64,000 nucleotides of DNA from Eledone cirrhosa (taxonomy: Eukaryota), in NCBI GenBank assembly GCA_964016885.1, contig OZ024740.1, positions 206,274,001 through 206,338,000 of the forward strand. The letters run 5' to 3'. Positions 11,744 to 24,200 of the stretch are shown piece by piece. The position numbers were made by a program, and so were the translations under genes. Position 1 is the stretch's first letter; each line of letters starts with the position of its first letter. The notes under the pieces were generated by a model, which saw only the letters and a list, made by a program, of their open reading frames with translations, was not told the DNA's origin and ran no database searches.

Positions 11744-11943
11744 CAAGGGTCAGCTGAAAAGTTCATAAGGCTGACCAAGATACTCTCATTGAATGACCCA
11801 AATATGGTTTATTTTTCAACATAGTCCCTGGAAAGAAACAATGCAATTATTAATAGGCAGAGTTGCAATTAATACGTGCAAGATTTCACAGCACTAGCAT
11901 CACTCCTTCATAGTCAGCCTATGAAATTTTCAGCCGACTCTCA
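11744..11943. mobile_element. mariner-type MITE
   Basis: TA|CAAGGGTCAGCTGAAAAGTTCATAAGGCTGAC ... GTCAGCCTATGAAATTTTCAGCCGACTCTCA|TA; ~30-bp imperfect TIRs, TA TSD. Confidence 0.75.
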
Positions 11944-12289
11944 TAGAACAAAAACTTTTATATTCACAAATTTCTATCGCATTATGCTATTTTTGTTAAG
12001 TATTTGTTTATTGGTAATTTAAACAAATTTTCAGAAAATAAGAAAATAATTTATTTGGTCAAGTGGTCATGTAGGTGTCATGATACAAAGCACCCTGCCC
12101 ACACTGTAAAGTGGTTGGTGTTAGGAAGGGCATCCAGCCGTAGAAACCTAGCCAGAAACAGTTCTATATGAGTAAGACACAGTCACCTGACTCGACTTGT
12201 CTTTTATGGGACAACCTGTCTAACCCATGCTAGCATGGGAAATGGATGTTAAATGATGATGATGATAATGACACAAATTTTTTCTATAT

Positions 12290-12600
12290 ACAACAGTTGC
12301 ATGATGTGTAACTAGAATATTAACACAGTGAAGGTGGAGTGTTCTGAAAGTAGAGTAGCCAGAGTGAGATGTGTGCAGAGGAGCTACAAAGATTGGAAAG
12401 AAGTGAAGCAAGCATGCTCTGATGATGTGTAATAGTAGTAGACATGAATGGTGAAGCATCAATGACCTCAGAGAAAAACTGTATAAGAGGGATCAGATGC
12501 AGTGGGCAGGAGAGGAGAACATTGGTATGGATATGTGATGTATATGGATGAGGATAACTGCATAAAGAAATGCAGAGCACTCAAAGTTTATGGAACCTAT
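12290..12600 (+). mobile_element. Highly degenerate RTE RT C-terminal fragment
   Basis: Nucleotide similarity to 2390-2650 (GAAGCAAGCATGCTC..TGATGTGTAATAGTA, ATAAGAGGGATCAGATGC, TGGTATGGATATGTGATG). Confidence 0.65.
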
Positions 12601-13006
12601 GGTAGCATTGGTGCCAGGATAAAAAGTACCCAGTCCACCCTATAAGGTGTTTTTTCTAGTAACACAATGTAAAACACCTAGTCCACACCGTAAGGTGGCA
12701 ATGCTGGTGCCACAACAAAAAGTACCCAGTCCACCCTGTAAAAGTGGTAGTGCCAGTCACAATAAAATGCTCCCAGAAAAAGTATTTTATTAAATACTCC
12801 AATTTTTTTTCATTATTTTCAAATCATTGGCAGTGTTTTTCATGAGAAATATTGTAACACAAGGATTAACCAAAGAAAAAAATAGATTCTTTCTGACAAA
12901 AAAAATGAATACTATTAATAAATTAAAGTAAGAAAGCTCACATGGCATCAGTATTTTCTTTATTATTTATTCTGCTTTACTTTGAATCTTTCTTTTCCAA
13001 TTCCAG

Positions 13007-13390
13007 GAGAAAAATGATCCAGTTGTTATCAAAAGTTCTCGTAATGAAGAATTCAAATACTTAAATTCCTCTAAAGGTCTATCATCATTTTGTAGTCCAA
13101 CATCGTTGACATCAGGGGAATATGCTGATGTCAGTTCATTGTCACATTCTGACAGCAAAGCTAGCAGTCATAACAGTAGTAGCTTTAGCAGTCTTACTGT
13201 GAAGTCATCTCTTGAATTACCAACACCCCCTTCTTTGAATCAATCTGAAAAGCATCACAAGAAAGACATAGTTAATACTTTACAAAAGAGACAGTCTGTT
13301 TCAAGTAAGTCTTGTCAAAGCCACACTCCTGATGAAGATATGTTAAAGATGCTGTCACCAATTACATTAGAAGACAAACAGGAGCATTCT
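13007..13390 (+). CDS. TP53BP1: 53BP1 exon following the oligomerisation domain
   Basis: ttccAG|GAG...TCT|GTAAGT; EKNDPVV...TSGEYADVSSLSHSDSKASS resembles human SSGDLGDISSFSSKASS. Confidence 0.85.
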
Positions 13391-14652
13391 GTAAGTACAA
13401 CAATTTTAATTCTCATTACTTTACACTTATCTATCAGACTATCATAGACTCAATCATATTGGTCTATTACACTTGCAGTCCTACTGGTTTTAATAGAACT
13501 GAGACTGCTTAGAGTGGAGTGGTCTCTTTAGCCATGCAGTGAATAAGGGAACTTCTCAGGGTTTAGCACTTGGATAAAATGCACTGAGTACACCCTATAA
13601 ACTGGTTGGTGTTAGCTATAGAAATCCTATCAAAAATTGTTACATGCAAGCATGACTTGATCCTTTGACCTGTCTAGGAAGATAGTAATTCTGAATCAAA
13701 ACTTACTCAAACTGTAATGTCCTATTCAACACACACCTGCATGGAAAATAGATGTAAAATGAGAATGATGATGATGATAACAATGAAGATTCTTACTCTA
13801 TTATTAAACATACTGAGTGTGATGGACTGGCAGCAGAGTCATTAGAGCATTGGATGAATACATTGCAGTATCTTATTACGGCCTTCTACATTCTGGTTTC
13901 AAATCCTGCTGAGGTCATCTTTGCTTTTCACCCTTTCGGAAAAGGGAGAGTTGGATGAATTGAAGTTAAGTACTGGGTTTGATATAATTAACTTTTTCCC
14001 TTCTCCTAAATTGCTGAAATGAGAAACCATTATTAACCATGCTGTCTAACCCATGCTTGCGTGGAAAAAGGACATTAAACAGTGATTATAATGATGATGA
14101 TGATGCAGCGTAAATTTAATTTAAAAATCTTTAAAGTATTTTTTTATATTTACTGCAGTATATTTACCTGTTGATTTATCTGGATTTACATTCATATAGA
14201 TCCAGGTGTAGTTAACAAGTTCATTCCTAAATTCTATATTGTTTATTCATAAAGTGAACATTTGATCAAATTATATCTTCAGTAACTTTATATTTAGTAT
14301 ATTAGACCCAATGAAGCAGCAATTTGGTAAAGTTGTTAGAGTGTCAGGTTAAATGTGTCGTGGTATGTATTCCGGCTCTCTGGGTTCTGAGGTCAAATCT
14401 CACTGAGGTCAACTTTACCTTTCCTCCCTTGATAAATAAAGTACCAGTCCCCAGGAGGGGGATTGACAGAATTGTTAAAACACTCAGAATGATGCCTCGT
14501 GATGTCCCTTTTGGCCTTTTAAATTCTAAATTCTCCTATAATAACACTGCTGCCAAGCTTTATCAGACCTTGTCTTTCGTTAGGACAACATTGGAACATG
14601 GGTGGCATTCCTAAAAGCATCAAATTATAATTCTGTAAGCAATAAATATAAT

Positions 14653-14835
14653 TGTTTCTACTATTGGCACAAGGCCAGAAAATTACCCAGTACATTACTG
14701 GTACTTTATTTTATCGACCCCGTAAGGATGAAAGGCAAAGTTAACCTCGGCGGGATTTGAACTCAGAATGGCAAGGGCCGTAACTCTATGCGTCAAAGCA
14801 TGGCGTCCGAACCTCTACCGATACTGCCAATCCAC
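14653..14835 (-). mobile_element. tRNA-derived SINE (MetaSINE-like core GCCTTTCATCCTT.CGGGGTCGATAAA) with 20-bp TSD
   Basis: TSD CTGTAAGCAATAAATATAAT at 14633-14652 and 14836-14855. Other copies at about 1-70, 18967-19185, 29590-29776, 31695-31806, 31888-31985, 42888-43065 and 51385-51596. Confidence 0.75.
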
Positions 14836-14946
14836 CTGTAAGCAATAAATATAATATTTATGTAACTGGGATTCTAAGAGATTTATAAATTAATGCATGC
14901 ATTGAAAAACCTAAAGTTGTCAATAAACAATTTAAGCAATTAATAT

Positions 14947-15530
14947 AATAATAATGAAAATTATTGTGTATAGTGCTCAGGTGCACTACAACTCATCAAA
15001 GGTGCATGTATAGTACATAGAATAATGTACAAATATCAGGAAAATGAACAGTATATATATACACACACACGTGTGTGTGCATGTGTATGAAGGGGGAATA
15101 TCAGGTGTAGTGTTGATGAATTTCAGGAAGCATGGAAGTTTTGAAGTGTGCATTATCCCGACAGCTAACAACTGATGAAGGTAGTTTGTTTGGTGATTCA
15201 GTAATTCTGAGCATGAAAAAATGTTTCCAAAAGTCATGGGAGCTGTACTGTTTCTGATTTTGTAAGCATATCCATGGGTATTAGACATATGGAATTCCAA
15301 AAAGTGCTCAAGGTTGTTGTTGGCAAGATAGTTAATAATCTTGTGGCTGTCTACCAAGTCAGTTGCCTGCCATCGGAGCTTTAATCAGAGCTTGCCCAGG
15401 GAAGCAAGGCGTTCAGATTATGGTAGATGCCTGATGGAGGGTATTCGTTTGGTTGCACGTCTCTAAACAATTTTCAGGAGATCAATATTCTGAGGAAGAT
15501 AAGAGTTCCAGACTTGTGATGCAAATTACA
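14947..15530 (-). mobile_element. CR1-group LINE 3' fragment
   Basis: Homologous to 34215-34800; (TTA)n tail; degenerate RT C-terminus. Confidence 0.75.
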
Positions 15531-15954
15531 TCAATATTCTCATCTGTCTGATGATTGTATATCTGTTATCAAAAATAGATATTTCTGTTCAGTTTTGAAC
15601 ATTGTTTTTGTAAACTAAACTTTTAATGGCTAATTATTATTGGTATAGTTTTGCTATATCTTTTAACATTTCTACACTATTTTTTTAACCCTTTAACATT
15701 TACATTATATTTTCACGGTAAAGGCTTTATCTCACATAATATTGAATCTATGAGATTTTGATGTTATTCATTTTGAGAACAACATATTAACATCAGTATG
15801 AGAGGCCAGTTATGGCTGGTTTGAACAGAAAGAGGTGAGAGAATTCTGGCCAGATATGACCAGTTTAAATGCTAAAGAGTTAAATATTGTATGGAGACAG
15901 TAATAAGGGATTTTTAAAAAATAAAATCTTTTCTTGTTTAATTCTGGTGAAAAG

Positions 15955-16423
15955 GCCAATTGTAGTTCCGGAGATGACCTGCAGCACCAAAGCTGGGAAC
16001 AATTAGGAACACCTACAATAACGTCAACTTCTAATATATGTAACACTTCTGTAACTGAGACAGTCGCTTTATCAAGATATTCATCAGATGATGCAGCATG
16101 CAAGTCAAAGACAATGATCGTTGTGAATTCTGATTCACTTTTCTCATCAAATGAAAATCTTAACGTTTCTGACCAAGAAATAACTATGGAACACAGGAAA
16201 AACATCCCAGTCACTCAACCTTCAGGAATAGTTAGCACAGAAATATTTCCCTGTAATAAGAATTTGAATTTACCTGAGATTTCTTCAAAAAAAAGCTCTG
16301 TGAAAATGTCTGAGAACAATAAACATACAAAAACCCCAGTTGGAGGTGAAAAACAAGCATTAAAAAGAATTCATAGTTCAAAGCCATCTAAAGAAGAAGA
16401 ATGTTCTAAAAAGCACAAACAAG
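15955..16423 (+). CDS. TP53BP1: 53BP1 exon: S/T/K-rich linker
   Basis: Within ORF 15934..16548; acceptor aaAG|GCC is weak and was chosen by phase; donor CAAG|GTATTA, phase 1. Confidence 0.72.
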
Positions 16424-17355
16424 GTATTATTTATTTTCTAATATTTTTTTTTTATTTTTCTTACTTCATGTTTTCTATGTTGTTTTTAGTTCCAGATTTT
16501 GTTGTTGTTTTCTTGAGGTCAGTCTTGATCAAGAAGACTTTTGATTAAAAAAAATGTTCCAGCTTAAATCATCTCTTCTTTTTATATCTCCAACATTGCA
16601 TTGTACAGTATATCCTATGTCCCTTCTTTTTTTAAAGCTGGTACAGTTTGTTGTAAGGGAGATTTGGTTGCTATGTTTAGCAAGTTGACCAATTGGATAG
16701 AAGTTTCCAGATGCCATGGTAAAGTGACTAAACTGCTACAATATTGACTCAAACTATGCTAGTAGCATTGTACAGCTTGGAAACATATATCAGTCCAATT
16801 GTCCTTGTTTAGTTCCAGCTCAGTTTTAACTGAGCAAACTTATGATCAAAGGCTTTCTAGCTGTGACCGTCCTATCTTTTTTCAGGTGTAGTTTATTTAC
16901 ATAAGACTTCTTTATCCAGTGATTTGTTCCTGTTTAAAGATAGTAGTGTGTGATTTGAGAAGGATTTGGCTACTGTTTCTAGCATGTCGAATGACCAGGT
17001 AGAGACTCCATTGTTGGGTTGACTATTGTCTTTGTTACCGTAACTGAAAAGATATTGTAGCAGCTACTTTACCACCTACGTGATTGTTGAGTGACAGGCA
17101 ATGAGGAAGGATAAGTTACTGGAAAAATATTTGTTCTAAACGCGGTCCCTTAACCTAATGGTTAATGCATCTAGCTGGTATCTAGGAGATATGGGGTTCA
17201 ATTCCTCATAGCAGTCGATGGCAACTTCCTTTTCAGTGGTAGTGCCCCAGCATGGCCTCAGCCTTTCAGATGGAACACGTAATAGAGTATTTCATGGATC
17301 ATTTATCCAAACTATACTAACATAGGAAAATAGGTGCAAATGTGTTAAAAAAAAA

Positions 17356-17392
<37 letters not shown>

Positions 17393-17611
17393 ATGTAAAC
17401 TGGTTGTACTGGTGCCACCACAAAAAGTGCCCAGTCAACTCTGTAAAATGGTTGGCATTAGGAAGGGCATCCAGCCGTAGAAAACCAATCCAAACACGGA
17501 GTGTATTGAGAAATACAAGGTCACCTGACCTATCTGACCTCATAACATAACAGCCAATCAAACTTATGCAAGCAGAAAATAGACATTAAACAGGGGTTTT
17601 GTTGATAGCAG

Positions 17612-17800
17612 CAGTGATGATGGTGGTGGTGGTGGTGGTGGCAGTGATGATGGTGGTGGTGGTGGCAGTGATGGTGGTAGTTACGATGGTGGTGGTGGTG
17701 GCAGTGATGATGGTGGTGGTGGCAGTGACGATGGTGGTGGTGGCAGTGATGATGGTGGTGGTGGTGGCAGTGACGATGGTGGTGGTGGCAGTGGTGATGA
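17612..17800. repeat. (GTG/GAT/GCA)n microsatellite
   Basis: Directly visible trinucleotide repeat. Confidence 0.9.
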
Positions 17801-17829
17801 TTATATTATTTAATCCTTTTATTTTTTAG

Positions 17830-17863
17830 ATGACACCTCTAAATGTAGTGAAAGAGCTGAAAG
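17830..17863 (+). CDS. TP53BP1: 53BP1 34-nt micro-exon (DDTSKCSERAES)
   Basis: tttttAG|AT...GAAAG|GTATTT; bridges the phase-1 donor at 16423 to the phase-2 acceptor at 19247. Confidence 0.72.
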
Positions 17864-18149
17864 GTATTTGAAAGTTTTATTTATTGCTTTCTTATTAATA
17901 TTTTATTCCATAGAATATTTGGCAAATGATGAGAGACATCAAAGGGTCAAAAGGACCTTTTAGTCAGGCTGAGGGAAAATACATATTGGTAAATATGTTT
18001 GATAATGCATAAAAAAATACCAAATAAAATGCATTAGATGCGTAGTATAGTATATATTAGTAATATATAATAACTTCTCCCTACTGCCCCAGTCACATAT
18101 ATAGGTCTATAAGTTATGTCTTTATCAACTTACTAAACATCTTGTTAGA

Positions 18150-18335
18150 ACAGAACCTGTGGCTACCTCTGTAATGTTGCCAACATTGCATGTACAAACA
18201 GAACCTGGGGCTACCTCTGTAATGATGCTGAAATTACATGTACAAACAGGACCTAGGGCTACCTCTGTAATGATGCTGACATTACATGTACAAGCAGAAC
18301 CTGGGGCTACCTCTGTAATGATGCTGACATTGGTT
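18150..18335. repeat. 48-bp minisatellite, about 4 copies
   Basis: Unit ACAGAACCTGGGGCTACCTCTGTAATGATGCTGACATTACATGTACAA. Confidence 0.85.
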
Positions 18336-19246
18336 TCCTAAAAGTAAATCATATATACGTGTGTATGAAACCGTTATTCCTGATTGAGTTTTAGGGGTGC
18401 TGTTGTGTCATACGGTGTGTTTTGGGCATTTTAAACCTGGCAGAGCCCATTCCTTTCTCCAGGTCTAAACACAGATGATTTTTTCCAGATTTATGGACCT
18501 TTTTTAACTCTTTAGCATTTAAACTGGCTATATCCAGCCAGAATTCTCTCACCTCTTTCTGTTCAAACTGGCCATAACTGGCCACTCATACTGACGTTAA
18601 GGTATTGTTCTCAAAATAAATATAAAAATCTCATAGATTTAATACTGCAAAAATACAATAGTATATTGTATTTTTACTACAAAAATACAATAGTATATTT
18701 AGAGTAATGTAAATGCTAAAGGGTTAAAGCTGATATTAATGATGATGAGAAAGAAACCTCAAAGCTGTTTTTTCTAAGTGACAACTGTAAAATAGGAAAT
18801 AAAATGGAACCTTATGAATGAGTATCATTTCATTAGTAATACACCAGCAGTGGTCTGATACAAGATTTTAAAGTTTGAACAATAATTGAGTATAATTCTT
18901 TCTTTTAAATTGAAATCTCTTGAAAGATAGCCAGAGGAAAACATTATTGAATCAATTCAAATCCTGGACGGTGAATTGGCAGAATCGATAGAGCGTTGGT
19001 CAACATGCTTCATGGCATAGAGTTACGGCCCTTTATGTTCTGAGTTCAAATCCCACCAAGGTTAGCTTTGCCTTTCATCCTTACAGGGTCGATAAAATAA
19101 AGCACCAGTAATGCACTGGGGTTGATTTAATCAATTTTCCCTTTCCCCAAAATTGATGGCCTTGTGCATATAGTAGAAACAATTATCAAATTGAAAAATC
19201 TGATTTTAAAAATAATTTCTTTTTTTTTTACTTTTGTTTTCTTCAG

Positions 19247-19332
19247 TCCTGAGATTACATTTCAAGATCAGGGAAAAAAAACCTCACAAAATATTGTAAA
19301 AAAAGATGTACATCAGCAACAAGCAGCTATAG
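19247..19332 (+). CDS. TP53BP1: 53BP1 exon preceding the Tudor domain
   Basis: Long polypyrimidine tract + cttcAG|T; SPEITFQDQGKKTSQNIVKKDVHQQQAAIG; donor G|GTTGGT, phase 1. Confidence 0.78.
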
Positions 19333-20509
19333 GTTGGTGTTAACATGTAGAGTTTCTTAAATATATTAACAGAGAGAGGAAGACAAACAAGGATGAGAGT
19401 AGAGCCAGTGTTGAATGTTGTGAAGAGAAATGGAATGAGATGGTTCAGTCAAGTGTTGAGGAAGGATGAAAGTGACTAGGCTTCTTTACAAAATCTATAA
19501 GACATTATACTTCAGTGAGATCTAAATATATTTCTTTATTGTTTTTCTGGTTACAGTTATTAGGCTGTGGCCATGCTGGGGCACTACATTCACAGTTTTT
19601 TTCTCAAACATATTGACACCAGTACTTATTTTTTTCAAGTCTGGTACTCATTTTACTCTTTTTATCAAATTACTAGACATAGACACATACACTGACACAC
19701 ACGTAAACACACAAACAGATATATATATATATTGTTGTACTTTGGGAGGGTCATACTGCCAATAAAAAGCTGTTTTTTATTGGCAGCATGACCCTCCCAA
19801 AGAATACCTATATCTGTTTCAACACACGTTTTCAGATAAGAAATCTTGCAAAATAAATACAAAAATGAAGTATATATATATATCATCATCATCATCATCA
19901 TCACCGTTTTACGTCCGTTCTTCCACGCTAGCATGGGTTTGACGGGTTGTCCTGTTGTGGGCAGTGTCTGGTCAGCTGACCTTGTCTTGCTCATATGGTA
20001 ACTGATTCTGGCTTGATTTCTACAGCTGGATGCCCTTCCTAACACCAACCTCATTTACAGTGAGTGCTGGGTACTTTTTTTCCGTGGCGCCTACACGTCA
20101 ACTTTGCAGTGTGGGCGGGGTGCTTTTTTGCCATGACACCTCCATGACCACTTTGCAGTGGAATGATAGGGACTCCAGTCCTATCATCTCATTTCTGGAG
20201 CAATGTGAAATAAAGTGTCTTGCTCAAGGAAACAACACATCACCCGGTCTGAGAATTGAACTCACAACCTTTCGATTGCAAGGCCAATGCTCTAACCACT
20301 AATAATTGCCAGAAATAATAAAATACACTCACTGTTTGGTTTGGTTTTCGCTTCAGTATATTTTTATATCATTATAAATAATTTAGCTGGTAATCAATGT
20401 TTATCATTGACTATTCGAACCACTGACTGGACACTACTCACAACAGGACAACCCATCTAACCCATGCTAGCATAGAAGAACGGACGTAAGACGGTGATGA
20501 TGATGATGA

Positions 20510-20634
<125 letters not shown>

Positions 20635-20865
20635 TATCTGTAGTTTATAGTTTATGTTTACCAAAGTTCACTCGCAAGCATTGATCAACGTGAGAGTATA
20701 GTACAACAGCGTCATACAGTGAGGAGTGAAACACAACACTCAGGGTTGTGAAGCAAACACCTTAACTACACAGCCATACATAAACAAATTGTATATGGCT
20801 TATACACTCTTTATTCTATACAATCTATATTAGGTTTATTGCTAACTGTTATATTATATTTACAG

Positions 20866-20941
20866 GTGTTTTAATTATGGCAAAGTGGAAAGATGGTTTC
20901 TTTTATCCAGGGAAGCTTGCTGCAACTAAGAAGAATAGCAA
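20866..20941 (+). CDS. TP53BP1: 53BP1 exon: start of tandem Tudor domain
   Basis: tttacAG|GT; GVLIMAKWKDGFFYPGKL resembles human GLRVVAKWSSNGYFYSGKI; donor AA|GTAAGT. Confidence 0.9.
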
Positions 20942-21247
20942 GTAAGTTTGTGAGAGTCAAACTAAGGTTTCTTATTTTGCTGTATCTCTTTTTGACCCTT
21001 TGAATTCACCTGTGACAGCTCTAGTGTTCAACTATATTAGCCCTTAACTTTCCCTTCGATAATATTACTGTGATGGAGATGGGAGATTTGCATGCATGGT
21101 AATTACTGGTCTTCTAGAAAAAGTCTTGTGCAAGCCCAATACTACAAGTGGAAATTTTCATGTGTAGATCCATGGTTTCACAAGACATAGAGGCCCTGGA
21201 TAATTCCAGTTAGTTGTAGCAGAGATTTCTGGACTCGTGGACACATC

Positions 21248-24200
21248 TAGTTACAATAAAATCTCTAGTCTAACAGAGAGCTAGTTACAATATAGTCTAG
21301 TCTAACAGAGAGCTACTTACAATATTGTCTAGTTAAACACAGAGCTAGTTACAATATAGTCTAGTGTAACAGAGCTAGTTACAATATAGTCTAGTCTAAC
21401 AGAGAGCTAGTTATAATATAGTCTAGTCTAACAGAGCTAGTTACAATATAGTCTAGTTTAACAGAGAGCTAGTTACAATATAGTCTAGTCTAACAGAGCT
21501 AGTTACAATACAGTCTAGTCTAACAGAGAGCTAGTTACAATATAGTCTAGTCTAACAGAGCTAGTTACAATATAGTCTAGTCTAACAGAGCTAGTTACAC
21601 TATAGTCTAGTCTGACAGAGCTAGTTACAATATAGTCTAGTCTAATACAGCTAGTTACAATATAGTCTAGTCTACCACAGAGCTAGTTGCAATATAGTCT
21701 AGTCTAACACAGAGCTAGTTACACTATAGTCTAGTCTAACACAGAGCTAGTTACACTATAGTCTAGTCTAACACAGAGCTAGTTACACTATAGTCTAGTC
21801 TAACAGAGCTAATTACAATATAGTCTAGTCTGTCACAGAGCTAGTTACAATATAGTCTAGTCTAACAGAGAGCTAGTTACAATATAGTCTAGTCTAACAG
21901 AGCTAGTTACAATATAGTCTAGTCTAACAGAGCTAGTTACAATGTAGTCTAGACTGACACAGAGCTAGTTACAATATAGTCTAGTCTAACACAGAGCTAG
22001 TTACAATATAGTCTAAGCTAACAGAGCTAGTTACAATATAGTCTAATCTAACAGAGCTAGTTACAATATAGTCTAATCTAACAGAGCTAGTTACAATATA
22101 GTCCAGTCTGACAGCTAGTTGTTACAATATAGTCTAGTCTAACAGAGCTAGTTACAATATAGTCTTGTCTAACAGAGCTAGTTACAATATAGTCCAGTGT
22201 GACAGCTAGTTGTTACAATATAGTCTAGTCTAACAGAGCTAGTTACAATATAGTCTTGTCTAACACAGAGCTATTTACAATGTAGTCTAGTCTAACGGAG
22301 CTAGTTACAATGTAGTCTTGTCTAACAGAGAGCTATTTACAATATAGTCTAGACTAACACAGAGCTAGTTACAATATGGTCTAGTCTAACACAGAGCTAG
22401 TTACAATATAGTCTAGTCTAACACAGAGCTAGTTACAATATAGTCTAGTCTAACACAGAGCTAGTTACAATATAGTATAGTCTAACACAGCACTAGTTAC
22501 AACGTAGTCTAGTCTAGAGCTAGTTACAATATAGTCTAGTCTAACACAGAGCTAGTTGTTATAATACAGTCTAGTCTAACACAGAGCTAGTTACACTATA
22601 GTCTAGTCTAACAGAGCTAGTTACAATATAGTCTAGACTGACACAGAGCTAGTTACAATATAGTCTAGACTAACACAGAGCTAGTTACAATATAGTCTAG
22701 TCTAACACAGAGCTAGTTACAATATAGTCTAGTCTAACACAGAGCTAGTTACAATATAGTCTAGTCTAACACAGCACTAGTTATAATGTAGTCTAGTCTA
22801 GAGCTAGTTACAATATAGTCTAGCCTAACAGAGCTAATTACAATATAGTCTAGTCTGTCACAGAGCTAGTTACAATATAGTCTAGTCTAGCACAGAGCTA
22901 CTTGTTACAATACCCTCTAGTCTAACACAGAGCTAGTTACACTATAGTCTAGTCTAACAGAGCTAGTTACAATATAGTCTAGTCTAATACAGAACTGGTT
23001 ACAATATAGTCTAGTCTGTCACAGAGCTAGTTACAATATAGTCTAGTCTAACAGAGAGCTAGTTACAATATAGTCTAGTCTAACACAGAGCTAGTTACAA
23101 TATAGTCTAGACTAACACAGAGCTAGTTACACTATAGTCTAGTCTAACAGAGCTAGTTGCAATGTAGTCTAGTCTGACACAGAGCTAGTTACAATATTGT
23201 CTAGTCTAACACAGAGCTAGTTACAATATAGTCTAATCTAACAGAGCTATTTACAATATAGTCTACTCTGACAGAGCTAGTTGATACAATATAGTCTAGT
23301 CTGACAGAGCTAGTTACAATATAGTCTAGTCTAACAGAGCTAATTACAATATAGTCTTGTCTAACACAGAGCTATTTACAATGTAGTCTAGTCCAACGGA
23401 GCTACTTACAATGTAGTCTTGTTTAACAGAGAGCTATTTACAATATAGTCTAGACTAACACAGAGCTAGTTACAATATAGTCTAGTCTAACACAGAGCTA
23501 GTTACAATATAGTCTAGTCTAACACAGAGCTAGTTACAATATAGTCGGGACTAACACAGAGCTATTTACAATATAGTCTAGACTAACACAGAGCTAGTTA
23601 CAATATAGTCTAGTCTAACAGAGCTGGTTACAATATAGTCTAGTCTAACACAGCTAGTTACAATAGTCTAGTCTAACAGAGACCTAGTTACAATATAGTC
23701 TAGTCTAACAGAGCTAGTTACAATATAGTCTAGTCTAACACATAGCTAGTTACAATGTAGTCTAGTCTAACAGAGACCTAGTTACAATATTGTCTATTCT
23801 AACACAGAGCTAGTTGTTATAATATAGTCTAGTCTGACACAGAGCTAGTTACAATATAGTCTAGTCTAACAGAGCTAGTTATAATATAGTCTTGTCTAAC
23901 ACAGAGCAATTTACAATATAGTCTAGTCTAACACAGCTAGTTACAATATAGTCTAGTCTAACACAGAGCTAGTTACAATATAGTCTAGTCTAACACAGAG
24001 CTAGTTACAATATAGTCTAGTCTAACACAGAGCTAGTTACAATATAGCCTAGTCTAATAGAGCTAGTTACAATATAGTGTAGTCTAACACAGCACTAGTT
24101 ACAATGTAGTCTCGTCTAGAGCTAGTTACAATATAGTCTAGCCTAACAGAGCTAGTTACAATATAGTCTTGTCTAACACAGAGCTAGTTGTTACAATATA

